64,000 nucleotides of DNA from a bacterium. GTDB lineage: Bacteria; UBA4055. This document shows positions 62,822-64,000 of this stretch, piece after piece. Under the pieces are notes generated by a model. That model searched no databases. It was not told the DNA's origin and saw nothing but the letters and a program-made list of their open reading frames with translations. A program made the translations under genes and the position numbers. How positions within the stretch are numbered: position 1 is the first letter of the stretch; every line of letters starts with the position of its first letter. The stretch is from contig JAKQBN010000030.1 of assembly GCA_029559475.1 (NCBI GenBank), forward strand, positions 10,756 to 74,755. The letters run 5' to 3'.

Positions 62822-64000
62822 TTACAGAGCCGCCTTTAGTATAAGGCTGCTTTTTAAAATTATATCCGAAATCATTATCGCTGTCTTGTTTATCTGAATG
62901 TTATCGATCTCACCGGCTTTGTTTAGTGCTTTTTTAATAACTTTCAGATGCTCTAAAAGCTCTTCGGAACTTGGATCGTTCAGCACGTCGGCATTCTCAA
63001 AGATCCCGTCCATTATTTTCTCGGCTTCTTCGATTTTACCTGATTTATAGTAAATCCAAGCTTTTGTATCGAGAAAAGTAACGGATCCCGGCCTGTTTTT
63101 TAGAGCTTTCTCGATATATTCGGCCGCTTTATCCAGATCCTTAGAATTCTGTGCAAGCTGATATGAGTAATTATTAAGAAGCTCGGCATTCTCCGGGTCT
63201 TTTAATATGCCTTCCTTATAAGCTTCAAGGCATTCAGCTTCCATTTTGTATCTGCTGAAAACCGTTGCCATTATCTGATAGAGATAAGTTCCTTCGGGAA
63301 ATCTTTTTTTCAGGCCGTTATAAACTGTTTTTGCTTTTAGAACATCTCCGGATTTCACGTAAAGCTCGGCCAGCTGAAGCAAGAGGGAGCTTTCCGGATA
63401 TTCTTTAATGCCGTCCAATAGAGTGTTCCTGGCTTTTGTAAAATCACCTTTTTCAGAATACAGCTCGGCGATATCGGCAAAATATTCAGGCTCTCCGTAG
63501 GTTATTCTTGTCATTTTCTCCAGCATTTCCGCGGCTTTGTCGAACTTTTTATTGAAAATATACTCATCAAATGCGTAACGGTAAATAAGATAAGGCAATT
63601 CAGGCTGATCTTTTTCTAGACTTGCGATAATTTCCGATATCTTCTCCGTATTGCCGTCAGCTCTGGAACAGATCTGCATTTTTATCATAGAAAAATAAAG
63701 ATCATACGCTCTGCCGTATTTATTCTCAAGAGCGCTGTTTATCATACTTTTAAATTCGTTGTTGTCGGAGAATAAATTCAGCCTGTCATTAATTTTCTGA
63801 TTCAGAACTGCGGCTGCAGTAATGATCTCTTTATCTTTGAGCATCCCTGCAAGAACTGAATCAAGAACTGTTTCAGCACGTTTTTTATTTCCTTTCTTAA
63901 ATTCATACAGATAGAGATATATACCCGACCTGCCGAGATCGAATCCTTTATCAAAAAGATCGTTAAGTATATTATATCCCTCCACGGGTTCATCTGACCT
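62822..64000 (-). CDS. Tetratricopeptide-repeat protein (5'-truncated by window edge)
   Basis: Frame is open to position 64000; TPR units, LNNYSYQLA and FLDTKAWIYYK motifs. Confidence 0.85.
   Translation of the reverse strand, partial: RSDEPVEGYNILNDLFDKGFDLGRSGIYLYLYEFKKGNKKRAETVLDSVLAGMLKDKEIITAAAVLNQKINDRLNLFSDNNEFKSMINSALENKYGRAYDLYFSMIKMQICSRADGNTEKISEIIASLEKDQPELPYLIYRYAFDEYIFNKKFDKAAEMLEKMTRITYGEPEYFADIAELYSEKGDFTKARNTLLDGIKEYPESSLLLQLAELYVKSGDVLKAKTVYNGLKKRFPEGTYLYQIMATVFSRYKMEAECLEAYKEGILKDPENAELLNNYSYQLAQNSKDLDKAAEYIEKALKNRPGSVTFLDTKAWIYYKSGKIEEAEKIMDGIFENADVLNDPSSEELLEHLKVIKKALNKAGEIDNIQINKTAIMISDIILKSSLILKAAL

Noticed and set aside
1212..63993. Numerous 60-160 aa ORFs overlapping or antisense to assigned genes (e.g. 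1212-1448, 14039-14482, 17756-18232, 30930-31367, 36856-37038, 59395-59613)
   Set aside because: They are shadow frames of well-supported genes, with no motifs, SD or independent promoter.

Overview
This is an AT-rich bacterial chromosome segment from a diderm. The gene set (lpxA/lpxD, lolC/lolD, a PorX-type regulator, a C25 peptidase) suggests the FCB group, possibly a candidate phylum such as Ca. Delongbacteria (inference only). Most of the window is housekeeping and envelope genes plus one tRNA-Lys(UUU). An accessory minus-strand block (~33.5-44.6 kb) carries a MATE pump, an AAC(6')-Ia-like acetyltransferase, an editing-domain-less ThrRS, an ORF6N protein, a GNAT and a type II restriction-modification pair. 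The top finding is a ~1.76 kb element (40545-42300) with perfect terminal inverted repeats. It has split the restriction endonuclease gene in two, and removing it restores the reading frame. It encodes only two paralogous DUF1670-like HTH proteins and no recognisable DDE, HUH, serine or canonical tyrosine recombinase, so it is a candidate new class of mobile element. Other notable signals are: an unannotated Thr-rich leader-peptide attenuator upstream of the short thrS; a three-copy mosaic structured repeat; a non-canonical TTGnnn-N17-TATATT promoter consensus with probable leaderless genes; an ECF promoter with a GC-rich structured leader; and a promoter-proximal ~90-nt hairpin RNA candidate. 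All family assignments are from motif recognition by eye, not database searches.
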